Positions 25,360-39,092 of a stretch of DNA of 64,000 nucleotides are shown here, one piece after another. The position numbers and the translations under genes were made by a program. The stretch is from the NCBI RefSeq assembly GCF_004010195.1, contig NC_057718.1, forward strand, positions 30,510,045 to 30,574,044, read 5' to 3'. The DNA comes from Chiloscyllium plagiosum (Eukaryota). The stretch's first letter is position 1. The number at the start of each line of letters is the position of its first letter. The notes beneath the pieces are model-generated. The model was not told the DNA's origin. It did no database searches and saw only the letters and a list, made by a program, of their open reading frames with translations.

Positions 25360-28070
25360 GACATCAGAGTAGGGGAGCATTTGGGAAATAGTGATCATAA
25401 AGTAATAAGATTCAGTATTATTTAGAAAAAGGATAAAAATAAGTCAATGATTAAGATCCCAGACTGGAAAAGGGGTCTAAAAGTTAAACTGGAAAGCATT
25501 GAATGGAGATGCATTTTGGTGAAACAAACAGTGGATAAAAAAATGGAAAAATTTCAGAAGGGAGATGAATAGGTTGCGCTCTGGGTACATTCCCATGAGA
25601 ACTAAGTACAGGGTATCCCAAAGCTACAGTACCCTCGATGACGAAGAATATTGATGAGAAAATAAGAAAGGAAAAGGAGGCATGTGATGCGTACTGGAAT
25701 AATAATAATAGCATCATAATAATAATAAAAACCAGGAAGAGTATCTCAACTGCAGGAGAAAGGCCAGACTGGAATAAGGAAGGTTAAAGGAAACATGAAG
25801 AAAAAATGGCAGGCTGCGCTAAAACAAATAGTGAAATGTTCTTCAAATGTATTAATAGTACAAGATTAGTGATAGAGTGGAGCAAGCAGGGTAAGCTGCT
25901 CACTGAAGTAAAGGATATGGCAGAAGTATTAAATGAATATTTTACTTCTATCTTTAACAAATTAAAAGGTGGTGAAAATGTCCTAGTTGAAAATGTGGGT
26001 GTTGAGCAATTGGACAGTATAGTGATAGATAAAGAAGAGATGCTGAAAGGTCTGGCAGCATTCCAAGCAGAGAAGTCACCAGACCTGGATAGGATGCATC
26101 CTAGATTGCTAAGAAAGTTATGGGATCAAATTGTGGAGCCATTCAAAAATTACCTGGCCCCTTTGAACACAGGATTAGTCCTGGGGAATGAGTGAAGGAC
26201 AAATGTGACACCATTGTTTAAGAAAGGGACAAAGGATAACCCAGAAAACTGCACGTCTGTCAGCCTGACATCAGTAGTGGGAAAATTGATGGAGGACATA
26301 ATAAGGAATAAGATAAATATACATTTAAAGAAAAATAAGTTAATACTAGGCAGTCAACATGGCTTTGTCAAGAGTAGGTCATGACTGACAAATATAACAG
26401 TTGTTTGACGATACAACACAGACAGCAGAGGAGGATAGTGCTGTGGATGTTGTATATTTGGACTTTTAGAAAGCATTTGATGCAGTGCCACATGGCAGGC
26501 AGGTGAGGAAATTAGAAATGTTTGGGATTGATGAGTCATTGATGGCATGGATTAAAAGTTGAATAAAAAATCGGAAACAGAGGATAGTATAAATGGGTAT
26601 TTCTCAGATTGGAGATGAGTTGAAAGTGGTGTTCCAGAGTTGGTTTTGGGACCTTTGCTTTTTCTGACTTATTTAAATGATTTTGAGACGTGTATTGAGG
26701 GCAATATCTCTAAATTTGCAGATAATACTAAGCCAGGGAGAATAGTTAATTGTGAGAATGATGCTGAATGACTTCAGAGCGACATTGAAAAGTTGGCCAA
26801 ATGGGCTGACATTTGGCCAATGAATTTCAATGCAGAGAAATGTGAAGTAATGCATTCTGATACAGGAAACACAGAGACAGTACAGATTCAATGGTACAAC
26901 TTTGAGGTGCTTACAAAAGCGAGGTACCTCAGGGTTCATGTGCATGATGCTCTGAAGGAGACCAAACAAGTTGAAAAATTGTTAAGAAGGCTTATAGGAT
27001 CCTTGAGTTTATAAATAGAGGCATAAATTATAAAATCAAGGCTATACTTATACAAATGATTAGTCAGACCTCATTTGGAGTATTGTGTTCAGTTCTTGGA
27101 CCCTTATTTAAGGAAGGCTGATAAAACCCTGGAGAGAGTTCAAAGGAGATTAACAAGAATAGTGCCAGGAATGAACAATTTTAGTTACAAGGAGAGTTTG
27201 GAAAGATTGGGCATATTCTCCTTGGAATCGAGAAGATTGAGAAGTGACCTAATTGAAGTGTTCAAAATTATGGACAATTTTGACAGGATAAAAATATATT
27301 CTATTTCTATTAGTTAGTATATCAATAACTAGAAGTCACAATGGTGAGTTTTGAGAAGATTTGTAACTCAAGTTGAGGTTCTGGATGTAGGTTTGCTCTG
27401 AGCTGGAAGGTTTGTTTTCAGCCGTTTTGTCACCATACTAGATAACATCTTCAGTGAGCCTCCGGATGAAGCACTGGTAGTGTGGCCCGCTTTCTCTTTT
27501 ATGTTTGGGTTTCCTCGGGGTGGGGATGTCATTTCCTGTGGTAACATTCATTTCCTATGATGATTTCATTTCCTGTGTTTTTTCTCAGGCAGGTAGTAAA
27601 TGGGATCCAAGTCAATGTATCTGTTGCTAAAACAGGAAATGACATCACCAACCCAAGGAATCCCAAACATATAAATAGAAAGCAGGCTACATCACCAGTG
27701 CTTCATCCAGAGGCTCACTGAAGATTTTACCTAGTATGGTGATGAAACGTCTGAAAATGAACCTTCCAGCTCAGAGAGCAAACTTACATCCTGAGGTCAC
27801 AATTTCAAGATTGTCAACAAGAGAGTGAGGAGTGAGATAAGAAGAAATTTCTTTATTCAGGATGTTGTTAGGATTTGGAATGAACAGCCTGGGAGAGTGG
27901 TCGAGGCAGATTCCGTAGGAAACTTCCAAAGAGAGCTGCATATATATTTGAAAGTGATGAATTTGGAGGCTTATGGAGATAGGACTGTTAAGTGCGACTG
28001 TCTGGGTGGCTCTTTCAGAGGCCGGTAAAGAGCTGATAGGTCAAATGGCTTCCTTCCATAGTGTAAAATT
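25360..28070 (+). mobile_element. Old CR1 LINE ORF2, interrupted by a PLE-derived insertion
   Basis: AEVLNEYFTSIF, EKSPDLDRMHPRLL, EYCVQFLDPYLRK..ERVQRRLTR. Confidence 0.9.
27343..27792. mobile_element. Inverted-repeat Penelope-derived element (family C) with a hammerhead core in each arm
   Basis: Arms of ~160 bp; TCA-CTGAAGA-TTTTACC-TAGTAT-GGTGAT-GAAAC-GTC-TGA at 27715-27754; TSD GA(A/G)GTCACAAT at 27332-27342 and 27793-27803. Confidence 0.85.
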
Positions 28071-28459
28071 CTACTTCATTTAATATTAATTTCAACTAAG
28101 ATAATGAACAGTGGCTCAGTCTGAATTGATTGAATTTAAGAAGGTTGTGTGTCAGTTTTAAACAAATGGGTATGTGGAGGTGCTGGACATAAAATGGTTG
28201 TATTGTAGCAAATTTAATGTTCTGATTTTGAAAATGGTTTTGAATATTGCTCAGAATTTCTGAAGAGAAGTGGATGTAACCGTGAAGTCTAACCAAGGCT
28301 AGACTGAGAGATTTATTAGTGAAATTCAAGGTTGAGAAAAAAACAGGATCTTGTAAGGCGGAGAGGCTTAAAAATGATTATCCAGCGTTTAGAATTGAAA
28401 TGTCACACCTGGAGTTAGCAAGGTTAGATCATGTGGAATAGAGTGAGAACAACAATTTG

Positions 28460-29510
28460 AATACAGACTGGCTCAAAGAGTGGTGGTGGAGGGTTGCTTT
28501 TCAGACTGGAGGCCTGTGATCAGCGGAGTGCCACAAGGATCGGTGCTGGGTCCATCGCTTTTCGTCATTTTATATAAATGATTTGGATGTGAACATAGAA
28601 GGTGTAGTTAGTAAATTTGCAGATGACACAAATGTTGGAGATGTAGTGGAAGGTTACCTCTGAGTAAGGGGATCTTGATTAGATAGACCAATGAATGGAG
28701 GACTGGCAGGTGGGGTTTAATTTAGGTAAATGTGAGGTACTACATTTTGGAAAGGCAAATCAGGGCAGAACTTGAACACTTAATGGTAAGGTCCTGAGGA
28801 GTGTTGCTGAACTGAGGAATATTGAACTGCAGTTCCTTGAAAGTGGAGTCACAGATAGGATAGTGAAGAAGGTATTTGGTATGCTTACTTTTATTGGTCA
28901 GTGCATTGAGGAGAGGAGTTGGGAGGCCATGTTGTGGCTGTACAGGATATTGGTGAGGCCACTATTGGAATGTTGTGTGCAATTCTGGTCTTCCTGCTAT
29001 ATGAAGGATGTTGTGACATTTGAAAGGGTTCAAAAAAGATTTACAAGGATGTTGCCAGGGTTGGAAGGTTTGAGCTATAGGGAGAGGCTGAATATACTGG
29101 GGCTATTTTCCCAGGAGCATCAGAGGCTGAGGGCTGACCTTATAGAGGTTCATAAAATCATGAGGGGCATAAATAGGGTAAATAGACAAAGTATTTTCCC
29201 AGTGGGGAGGAATCCAAATTTAGAGGGCATAGGTTTAAGGTGTGAGGAGAAAAATTTAAAAGGGATGTAAGGGGCAACTTTTTCATGCAGAGAGTGGTGC
29301 ATGTGTGTGGAATGAGCTGCAAAAAAAGTAGCGGAGGCTAGTATAATAGCAGCATTTAAAAGGCATCTGGATGGGCATATGAATAAGAGTAGATTAGAAG
29401 GATTAGGACCAAATGGGACTAGATTAATTTAGAATATCTGGTTGGTGTGGACGAATTGGACTGAATTGTCTGTTTCCATGTTGTACAACTCCACAACTGT
29501 ATGACTCTAA
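28460..29510 (+). mobile_element. CR1 LINE 3' part
   Basis: [38 protein letters not shown] tail. Confidence 0.92.
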
Positions 29511-30414
29511 TTGACCTTTAATAAATATAAATTAATGTAAGTGATCAAGTAAATGTTCAAAAAGACTCCAAATAAGAAAATAGCCAGAGAAATGAAACCG
29601 AATTGCTGCTAAATTATTGGAATTTGCGGTGAGGTTTAATAATTCAGTTTGATTTTTCAAAAATGTTTATTTGGAATAGAATAAAAAGAATAAGGCAAGG
29701 AAATGTTCCTTCAATGGCACAATTTTCCAGAGGGAAAAGGAATCGGGAGTCCCTTAAAGTTCAGAAGAAAAGGGTCATTGAAGGCTACTCTGGTATGAAA
29801 AGGGCAAATGGAAACCTTAGTTTTGTACTTAATAGTATAGAACAGCCAAGAGCTGATATTGAGCCTCAACAAGAAGGTTGTGTGTAATTTTCAGGGTTTC
29901 TTTTTTCAGAAGGATATAAACATATAAGTGGCCTCATTTAAAGATTTTTGGGAATGCTGAATTGCAATTAGGAATAACGCTTGAAGTTGTGTCTTTGTTC
30001 AGGATCTGAGAAATTAAGGGGCAAAGACATCCAAGATTATGAATTAGTAAATTGTGTTAGTCTATTTCTGTTGATCACATAAAGATTTAAACTAGGATTA
30101 GCAATGTTCTTTACACAACGTGTAAGTGTCTACTAGTAATTATTGCTAAAGTATTATGAAGTATTTAAAGCACAGTTACAATATGGCAGCTAAGTAGAAT
30201 TTAACTAGGACCCCACAGGAAGAAAATGTACTCCTTCAGATTTGGGGGATTAAGTCACCTGTCTTTGTGCTGTACTGTTTGATAACTCAACTATTTAGTA
30301 ACTTTAGTAATTATCTATATTCTATATAGAATTTCTGTACAATCTTATTTCAGTTGCCTTCTTTCAGGGCAAGTAATATTGTTCATTCATTTGTCAATTC
30401 ATGCTAGAAGTTAA

Positions 30415-30497
30415 ATTACAAAAGCAGAAGTTGTGGAGAGACTCAGCAGGTCTGCAACATCTGTGGGGAGAAAACAGAGTTAACGCTTCAAGTGCAG
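30415..30497 (-). mobile_element. Family B Penelope-derived tail remnant
   Basis: ACTCAGCAGGTCTGCAACATCTGTGGGGAGAAAACAGAGTTAACGCTTC, reverse complement of the 1990-2260 repeat. Confidence 0.6.
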
Positions 30498-33400
30498 TGA
30501 TTCTGAGAGAGAGAATTTATATGCATTTGGAGAAGCAAGGATTGATTAGGGATAGTCAGCATGCCTTTATGCATGGGAAATTTTGTCTGACAAGCATGAT
30601 ATGGTTTTTTGAGGAAGTAACCAAAAAGATTGAGGGCAGAGCAGTAGACGTTATTTATGTGGACTTTCGTAAAGCCTTTGATAAGGTTCTATGTGGTAAA
30701 CTAATTAGTAAAATTAAATCATGCAGAATTCAGGGAGAGTTTGGCAATTGAATGCAAAATTAGCTTGAAGCAGGAGACAGAGGATGGTGCTGGAGGGTTG
30801 TTTTTCGGACTGGAGGCCTGTGCCAAGTGGTGTTCCAAGGGGCTTGGTACTGGGGCAACCTATTATTTGTCATTTTTTTTATACATGATTAGATGAGAAT
30901 TTCGGAGACATGGTCAGTAGGCTTGCGGATGACACCAAAATTGGTTCTATAGTTGACAGTGAAGACGATGATTTAATATTACAAAGGGATTTTGATCAAT
31001 TGAGCCAATGCATTGAGGAGTGGCAGATTGAGTTTAATTTGGATAAATGCAAGATATTGCATTTTGGTGAAACAAACAAGGGCAGGACTTATACAGTTAA
31101 TAGTAGAACCCTGGTTAGTGTCGAACAGAGACACTAGGGGTTCAGGTACAGGTCGACAGGGTGGTTAAGAAGTCATTTAGCCTTCATTCCTCAGACCATT
31201 GAGTATAGAAGTTGGAACATCAACGTTGAGGTTGTACATTACATTGATGAGGCTGTTTTTAGAATACTGTGTGCAGTTCTGGTTGCCCTGCTTTGGAGCG
31301 ATATTATTACATTGGAGAGACTTCAGAAAAGACTGAAGTCCCAGGATATTGGGAGGACTGGAGGGTTTAAGCAAAAGGGAGAGGCTGGGTGGACTGGGAT
31401 TTTTTTCACTGAGGTGTAGAAAGGTGAGGGGTGACCTTATAAAAGTTTATAAAATCATGAGGGACATAAATAAGGTGAATAGCTACAGTCTTTTCCTTGG
31501 GAGGGGGAAGTTCAAAACGAGAAGGTATACAGTATTTTTAAGGTGAGAGGAGGAAGACTTGAAAGGGACCTGAGGGGCATCTTTTTCACACAGAGGGTGG
31601 TTCGTCTGTGAAATGAACTGCTAGATGAAGTAGTAGGTACAGGTACAGTTCCAACATGGGAAAGACATTGAGATAGGTTTATGAATAGGAAAGGTTTGGC
31701 CTGAGGAGAGCCAGGAGAGGGCACGAGAAAGGCTTGGCAGAACGGATTAGGGAGGACACAAAGGCATTTTACACTTATGTGAGGAATAAGAGAACGGTCA
31801 AAGAAAGAGTAGGACCGATCAGGGATAGCATAGGGAACTTGTGTGTGGAGTCTGAGGAGGTAGGGGAAGCCCTAAATGAGTTTTTTGCTTCTGTCTTTAT
31901 GAAAGAAATGAACTTTGTGGTGAATGAAACCTTTGAAGAGCAGATGTGCACGCTGGAATGGATAAAGATAGAGGAAGCTGATGTGCTGAAAATTTTGTCA
32001 AACATTAAGAATGACAAGTCGCCAGGCCCAGACCAGATTTGTCCTCGGCTGCTTTGGGAAATGAGAAATGCAATTGCTTCGCCACTTGTGAAGATCTTTG
32101 CATCCTCGCTCTCCACTGGAGTCGTACCTGAGGACTGGAGAGAGGCAAATGTAATTCCTCTCTTCAAGAAAGGAAATAGGGAAATCCCCGGCAATTACAG
32201 ACCAGTAAGTCTCACGTCTGTCATCTGCAAGGTGTTAGAAAGGATTCTGAGGGATAGGATTTATGACCATCTGGAAGAGCATGNNNNNNNNNNNNNNNNN
32301 NNNNNNNNNNNNNNNNNNNNNNNNNNNNNNNNNNNNNNNNNNNNNNNNNNNNNNNNNNNNNNNNNNNNNNNNNNNNNNNNNNNNNNNNNNNNNNNNNNNN
32401 NNNNNNNNNNNNNNNNNNNNNNNNNNNNNNNNNNNNNNNNNNNNNNNNNNNNNNNNNNNNNNNNNNNNNNNNNNNNNNNNNNNNNNNNNNNNNNNNNNNN
32501 NNNNNNNNNNNNNNNNNNNNNNNNNNNNNNNNNNNNNNNNNNNNNNNNNNNNNNNNNNNNNNNNNNNNNNNNNNNNNNNNNNNNNNNNNNNNNNNNNNNN
32601 NNNNNNNNNNNNNNNNNNNNNNNNNNNNNNNNNNNNNNNNNNNNNNNNNNNNNNNNNACCCAAGTGGACAGGGTTGTTAAGAAAGCATATGGTGTTTTGT
32701 CTTTCATTTCCAGGGGGATTGAGTTTAAGAGTCGTGAGATCTTGTTGCAGCTCTATAAAACTTTGGTTAGACCGCACTTGGAATACTGCGTCCAGTTATG
32801 GTCGCCCTATTATAGGAAACCTATGGATGCTTTGGAGAGGGTTCAAAGGAGGTTTACCAGGATGCTGCCCGGGCTGGAGGGCTTATCTTATGAAGAGAGG
32901 TTGACTGAGCTCAGACTTTTTTCATTGGAGAAAAGGAGGAGAGGGGACGTAATTGAGGTATACAAGGTAATGAGAGGCATAGATCGAGTCAATAGCCAGA
33001 GACTATTTCCCAGGGCAGAAATGGCTAACATGAGGGGTCATAGTTATAAGCTGGTTGGAGGAAAGTATAGAGGGGATGTCAGAGGCGGGTTCTTTACACA
33101 GAGTTGTGAGAGCATGGAATGCGTTGCCAGCAGCAGTTGTAGAAGCAAGGTCATTGGGGACATTTAAGAGACTGCTGTAATGCATATGGTCACAGAAATT
33201 TGAGGGTGCACACATGAGGATCAATGGTCGGTACAACATCGTGGGCTGAAGGGCCTGTTCTGTGCTGTCTGTTCTGTGTTCTATGTTCTATGTTTCAAGG
33301 GATTTGGGCCAATCACAGGCAAGTGGGACTAGCTTAGTTTGGGAAATGTGGTCGGCAGGAGGTTGGACTGAAGGGTCTATTTCTGTGCTGTATGACTCTA
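30498..33400 (+). mobile_element. Cluster of CR1 fragments; a younger copy at ~31705-33293 spans the assembly gap
   Basis: DFRKAFDKV, LADDTKIGS; KSPGPDQICPRLL..NYRPVSLTS; (TGTTCTA)n tail at ~33270-33293. Confidence 0.92.
32284..32657. other. Assembly gap (374 N)
   Basis: Run of N. Confidence 1.
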
Positions 33401-33616
33401 TGGCTCTACCTTCTCTCATCCTTCTAAACTCCATCGAGTACAATCCCAGAATCCTTGACCGCTTCTCATATGACGTGCTCTTCATCCCTGGGTTCATTTT
33501 TCTAAACATTCTCTGGACCTCATCCAATTGTAGCACATCCTTCCTTTGATCGGGGGCCCAAAACTGCTCATAATATTCCAAATGTGGTCTGACCAAAGCT
33601 TTACATAGTATATTTC

Positions 33617-34872
33617 TGCTCATGGCTTTGTGCGTGAGAAATCATGTCTCATGAACTTAATTGAGTTCTTGGAAGAACTAACAAAGAGGGTTGGTGAGGG
33701 CAGAACGGTGGACGTGATCTATTTGGACTTCAGTAAGGCATTCGACAAGATCCCCCCTGGGAAATGGGTTAGCAAGGTTAGATCTCATGGAAAACAGGGA
33801 GAACTAGCCATTTGGATACAGAACTGGCTTGAAGGTAAAAGATAGAGGGTGGTGGTGGAGGGTTGCTTTTCAGACTGGAAGCCTGTGACCAGTGGAATGT
33901 CACAAGGATCAGTGCTGGGTCCACTACTTTTTATTATTTATATAAATGATTTGGATGTGAACATAAGAGGGTATAGTTAGTAAGTTTGCAGATGACACCA
34001 AAATTGGAGGTGTAATGCACAGCGAAGAAGGTTACCTTGGAATTTACCGGGATCTTGATCTGATGGGCCAATGGGCTGAAGAGTGGCAGATGGAATTTAA
34101 TTTAGATAAATGTGAGGTGCTGCATTTTGGGAAAGCAAATCAGGACAGGACTTATACACTTAATGGTAATGTCCGAGGGAGAGACCTTGGAGTGCAGGTT
34201 CATAGCTCCTTGAAAGTGGAGTCGCAGGTAGATAGGATAGTGAAGAAGGTGTTTGGTATGCTTTCCTTTATTGGTCAGAGTTAGGAGGTCATGTTGCAGC
34301 TGTACAGGACTTTGGTTAGGTCATTTTTGGAATATTGCGTGCAATTCTGATCTTCTTCCGATCGGAAAGATGTTGTGAAACTTGAAAGGGTTCAGAAAAG
34401 AACTGTAAGGATATTGCCAGGATTGGAGGATTTGAACTATAGGGAGAGGTTGAATTGGCTGGAGCTGTTTTCCCTGGAGCATCGGAGGCTGAGGAGTGAC
34501 CTTACAGAGGTTTATAAAATCATAAGAGGCGTGAATAGGATCAATAGACAGTCTTTTCTCTCGGGTGCGGGAGTGCAGAACTAGAGGGCATAGTTTTAGG
34601 GTCAGAGGGGAAAGATATAAAAGAGACCGAAGGCGCAACTTTTTCATACAGAAGGTGGTACGTGTATGGAATGAGCTGCCAGAGGAAGTGGTGAAGGCTG
34701 GTATAATTGCAAAATTTAAAATGCATCTGTGTGGGTATATGAATAGGAAGGGCTTGGAGGGATATGGGGCGGTTCTTGGCAAGTGGGTCTAGATTATATT
34801 TGGGATATCTGGTCAGCATGGACAAGTTGAACCGAAGGGTCTGTTTCCATGCTGTACATCTCTATGACTCTG
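33617..34872 (+). mobile_element. Younger CR1 3' part nested in the older CR1
   Basis: KSCLMNLIEF..DFSKAFDKIP; CTATGACTCT tail. Confidence 0.92.
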
Positions 34873-37625
34873 TTCTATCTTGCATGATATGAATGCAGAA
34901 ATTGCATTTGCTTTCCTAATTGACAACTGTATCTGCATGTTAACCTTAAGAGAGTACTGAACCCGAACTCCTAACTCACTTTAAGCTTCAGACTTCCAAT
35001 GCCTTTTCCCATTGGAAAATGGTCTATGCCTTTATTCTTCTAGACAAAGTGCATAATCTTACACTTTTCCCCCATTGTATACCACTTCTTTGCCCACTCT
35101 GCTAGACTAAATCCTTCTGCATCCTCAATGCTTCCTCAACACTATCTGTCCCTCACCCTATATTTGTGTCATCCGCGAACTTAGAAACAATGCTGTTGGT
35201 TCCTTCATCCAGATTGATTTTATTTGATTTGATTTTATTTAATGTTGTCGCATGCACCAAGATACAGTGAACAGTGTTGTTTTGCATCCTCACCAGACAA
35301 ATCATACTTTACGTAAGTACATCAGGGTAATAGAAAGAAAGCATAATATGGTGTTCCAGCTACGTGAATAGTTGTGGTCCCAACACCGACTCCTGTGGAA
35401 TTCCACTAGTCACACACTGCCATCCTGAAAAAGACCCCTTTATCCCTATTCTCTGCTTGTGAACCAAACCTATACCTATAAAAATACCTTGCCCCTAACA
35501 CCATGGACTTTTATCTTAATTCACTGTTCCCTGTGCGGCAGCTTGTCAAAGGCCTTCTGGAAATCCAAATAGATTATGTCCACTAGCTCTCCTTTGTCTA
35601 ATTTGCTCATAACCTCCTCAAAGAATTCTAACAGGGTTATCAGGCATGACCTCCCCTTAATGAAGTTGCCCTAACTTAGCCCTATTTTACTGTGCACTTC
35701 TAAATACTCCACAACCTCACCCTTAATAATGGACTTTAAAATCTCATCAATGATGAGGTCAGGCGAACTGACTTATAATTTCCTGTCTTCTGCCTCTCTC
35801 TGTTTTAAACAGGGGTATAACATTAACAGTTTACCTCTGGGGTGTAGTTCAGCTGGTCTAGTTCATTTCTGCACCTTCAGACCTTTCAATTTCTCCAGCA
35901 TCTTCTCTTTAGTGATGGTCACTACACCCACCTCTGCTGCCTGACTCTTGAAGTTCTGGTATGGTACTGGTGTCTTCCACTCTGAAGACTGATGCAAAGT
36001 ACCTAGTCAGTCCTCCGCCATTTCTTTGTTCCCCATTACTACTTCAGCCTCATTTTCCAGTGATCCAATGTCCACTCTTGTCTCAGTCTTACCCTATCTA
36101 AGAAAAACTACTGCAATCTTCTTTTACGTTACCAGCTAGCTTACCCTTATATTTTATCTTCTAACATATCTAGTTGTCGTCTGATTGTTTTTAAAGCAAT
36201 CCTCTGGCTTCCCACTAACTTTCACCAGAGGTATGCTTTTTCTTTTGCTTTTGTACTGGCCCTGACTTCCCTTGTCAGCCATCATTGCCTTGGTTTCCCG
36301 TTAATATATTTCTACCTCCTTGGGATAAATTTCTGCTGTCCCCTCCTGAATCACCCCAGAAACCCTTTCCATTGCTGCACCACCATATTTCCTGCTAGGC
36401 CCCCGTCCCAATCAGTTCTGGCCAGTTTCTCCCTCGTGTCTTTATAGTTACCTTGACTCAGCTGTAATACTGTTCAATCTGATTCAAACTTCTCCCTTTC
36501 AAACTGCAAGGTGAGTTCTATCATATTATGCTGACTGTCCCTTTGTGAAGGGGTTCCTTCACTTTAACCTCCCTAATCAAGTCTGCCTCATTGCACATCA
36601 TCAAAACCAGAATTGACTTTTTCCTTGTTGGCTGTAGCACAAGCTGTTCCAAAAAAAAACCCATCTTGCAGGCATTCCACAAAGTCTTTTTCTTGGGATC
36701 TGTTATCAAATTGACCTTCCTGGATTTTGAGGTCCCCCTTAATTTTTGCAATAGTGTCGTTTTTAAAAAATATTTTTATTGAAAAAAATTTTGAATTTTT
36801 TTACAAAATTATAAAATTACTACAAAGTAGTATAACAATCTTATAATATAACAACAATAACAGTAAGCAAACTACTATTCTACTCCACAGTTTAAAAGAA
36901 AAAAAGATTTTTAAAAATCTACCCTTACTACAATAAAATAAATAATTAAACAAAATAAACTATATTACATTGAATGAACCAAGGTAAATTAAATTAAATT
37001 ACAACACTCAGCGCAATCCCACCAAAGTTCCCGACCACCAGAAGCATCAGTTGGTGTCCCCATACTTATTTGGGATTCTTCCACTCGGACCCCCGGCCTG
37101 CCAGAGACAGCCCTCGCGGCTACACAAAGGCCCAAATCAATATAGCCAACAGGTCTGTATCTATACAGTGCAAAAAGGGCTACACATCCTATAAAAAAAG
37201 TTCCATTTTCTGGCGCCCTATACTCATGAAAAAGTCCAGGGGCGTGAGCTCCATAACTAACCTACATCACCCCAAAAGTCCTGGGGGATTTTCCAATATC
37301 CAGCTCATCAGAATGTTCTTCCTCGCACAATATGAAAGAATATTAAACAGTTTCTTCCCATGCGCATCTAAAGTGGGGAGATTCGGCAGACCCAAAAGGA
37401 GGGATACCGGACCTACTTTGACCTTGCTTCCCAAGATCCCTTCCAAAACACTCACGATAACGCCTCAATGCCTACGAAGATTGTGGTATGATCACAAGCA
37501 ATGAGTAAGAGTACCGATATCTATTTTACATTTGGGGCACGTTGGGGATGCTGCTGTCTTAAATTTCAAAAGCCGCTCCGGTGCGAAATAAGCCCTGTGG
37601 AGTACCTTCAGTTGCATAGCCTGTG

Positions 37626-37890
37626 TCATAGAGTCAGAGAGATGTACAGCACGGAAACAGACCCTTCGGTCCAACCCGTCCATGCCGACCAGATATCCCA
37701 ACCCAACCTAGTCCCGCCTTCCCTGCACCCGGCCCATATCCCTCCAAACCCTTCCTATTCGTATACCCATCCAAATGCCTCTTAAATGTTGCAATTGTAC
37801 CAGCCTCCACCACATTCTCTGGCAGCTCACTCCATACCTGTACCACCCTCTGTGTGAAAAGGTTGCCCCATAGGTCTCATATTTTTCCCC
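37626..37890 (-). mobile_element. Short CR1 3' fragment inside the L1
   Basis: Near-identical to 8420-8690, including the tail. Confidence 0.9.
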
Positions 37891-38517
37891 TACTTGTCCT
37901 ATTGCAAATCGAAACCTTCCTCACATTCTCCCAAATATCCTCCCATGCTTTCCACCCCCAATCCCTGAGTCCAGATCCCGCACAGCTGATGAATGTCCTT
38001 CGAGACACTACCTCCTAATAAATGGTAGTGGGTACTGATTGAGAGAGTATCTGTGGACCGAAGTACTCTCCTCTCCACATCAGACTAATAGAGATTAACC
38101 AATAGTGTAGTCTTTTTCTGTATAAAGTCCCTTATCTGAAAATATTGAAAGAGGTCCCGACTAGACAGTTCATATTTCTAGCTCAGCTGATCGAAAGACA
38201 TCATGACCTTCCCCTCAAGTAAGTCTCCCAAACAGGAAACTCCTCTAGACTCCCAGAACCCAAAGCCAGAATCCATCGATCCCAGCTGAAATCCTGGCAT
38301 TCCTACTATGGGAGTAAAAAGGTAAGTTTTATATGAATTGCCCTCACCTTGTCGCGTCATTCTCCATGCCTTAACTGTGTTAAGGACAATCGGATTTCTG
38401 CAATGGTCCATAACATTCCTCATCTTGTCCTTAATCAACAAATTAATAAGGGGACATTTTGCCTGGGAAGCCTCGATGTCTAGCCAGATTAACCGTGAGT
38501 CCTGGCAAACCCAATAG

Positions 38518-38732
38518 AAGGAGAAAGTGAGGTCTGCAGATGCTGGAGATCAAAGTTAAAACTTTATTGCTGGAACAGCACAGCAGGTCAGGCAGCATCC
38601 AGGGAACAGGAGATTCGAAGTTTCGGGCACAGGCCCTTCTTCAGGAATTCCTGAAGAAGGGCCTGTGCCCGAAACGTCGAATCTCCTGTTCCCTGGATGC
38701 TGCCTGACCTGCTGTGCTGTTCCAGCAATAAA
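38518..38732. ncRNA. Palindromic Penelope-derived element with two back-to-back minimal hammerhead ribozyme motifs
   Basis: 85-bp arms 38563-38647 and 38648-38732, one mismatch, no spacer; ATTC-CTGAAGA-AGGGC-CTGT-GCCC-GAAAC-GTC-GAAT; TSD AAACCCAATAG at 38507-38517 and 38733-38743. Confidence 0.88.
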
Positions 38733-39092
38733 AAACCCAATAGGAGAATAGGGAGGCAGTCTTGACTGTATGAATAATTGTACATGTCAACATTGGCCCA
38801 GCCAACATGTTTATAAACTCCTTTTAAAACTCGCTCCGAAATCCATCTGGGCCAGGTGTTTTACCGCTCTGGAGCTGCCTCACCGTCTCCTGCATCTCTT
38901 GGATGATCAGATGGGCATTCAAAAGAGACGCCAGCTCCGAAGTTACATCAGGGAGGCCCAAGGTCTTAAAGAAGGACTCCATCTTTGCCAACCTCACAGC
39001 CCTCCAACCAGTACAACTCAGAATAGAATTTCCTAAATGCTGCGTTAATATTTTTGGAATCGCAAGTGAGAGTACCAGTGCACTCTCTGATG

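Noticed and set aside
31734..33167. 477-aa ORF, the longest in the track
   Set aside because: Reads through the 374-N gap; the equivalent CR1 interval at ~52897-53535 is about 640 nt, so the gap does not hold an intact RT as sized
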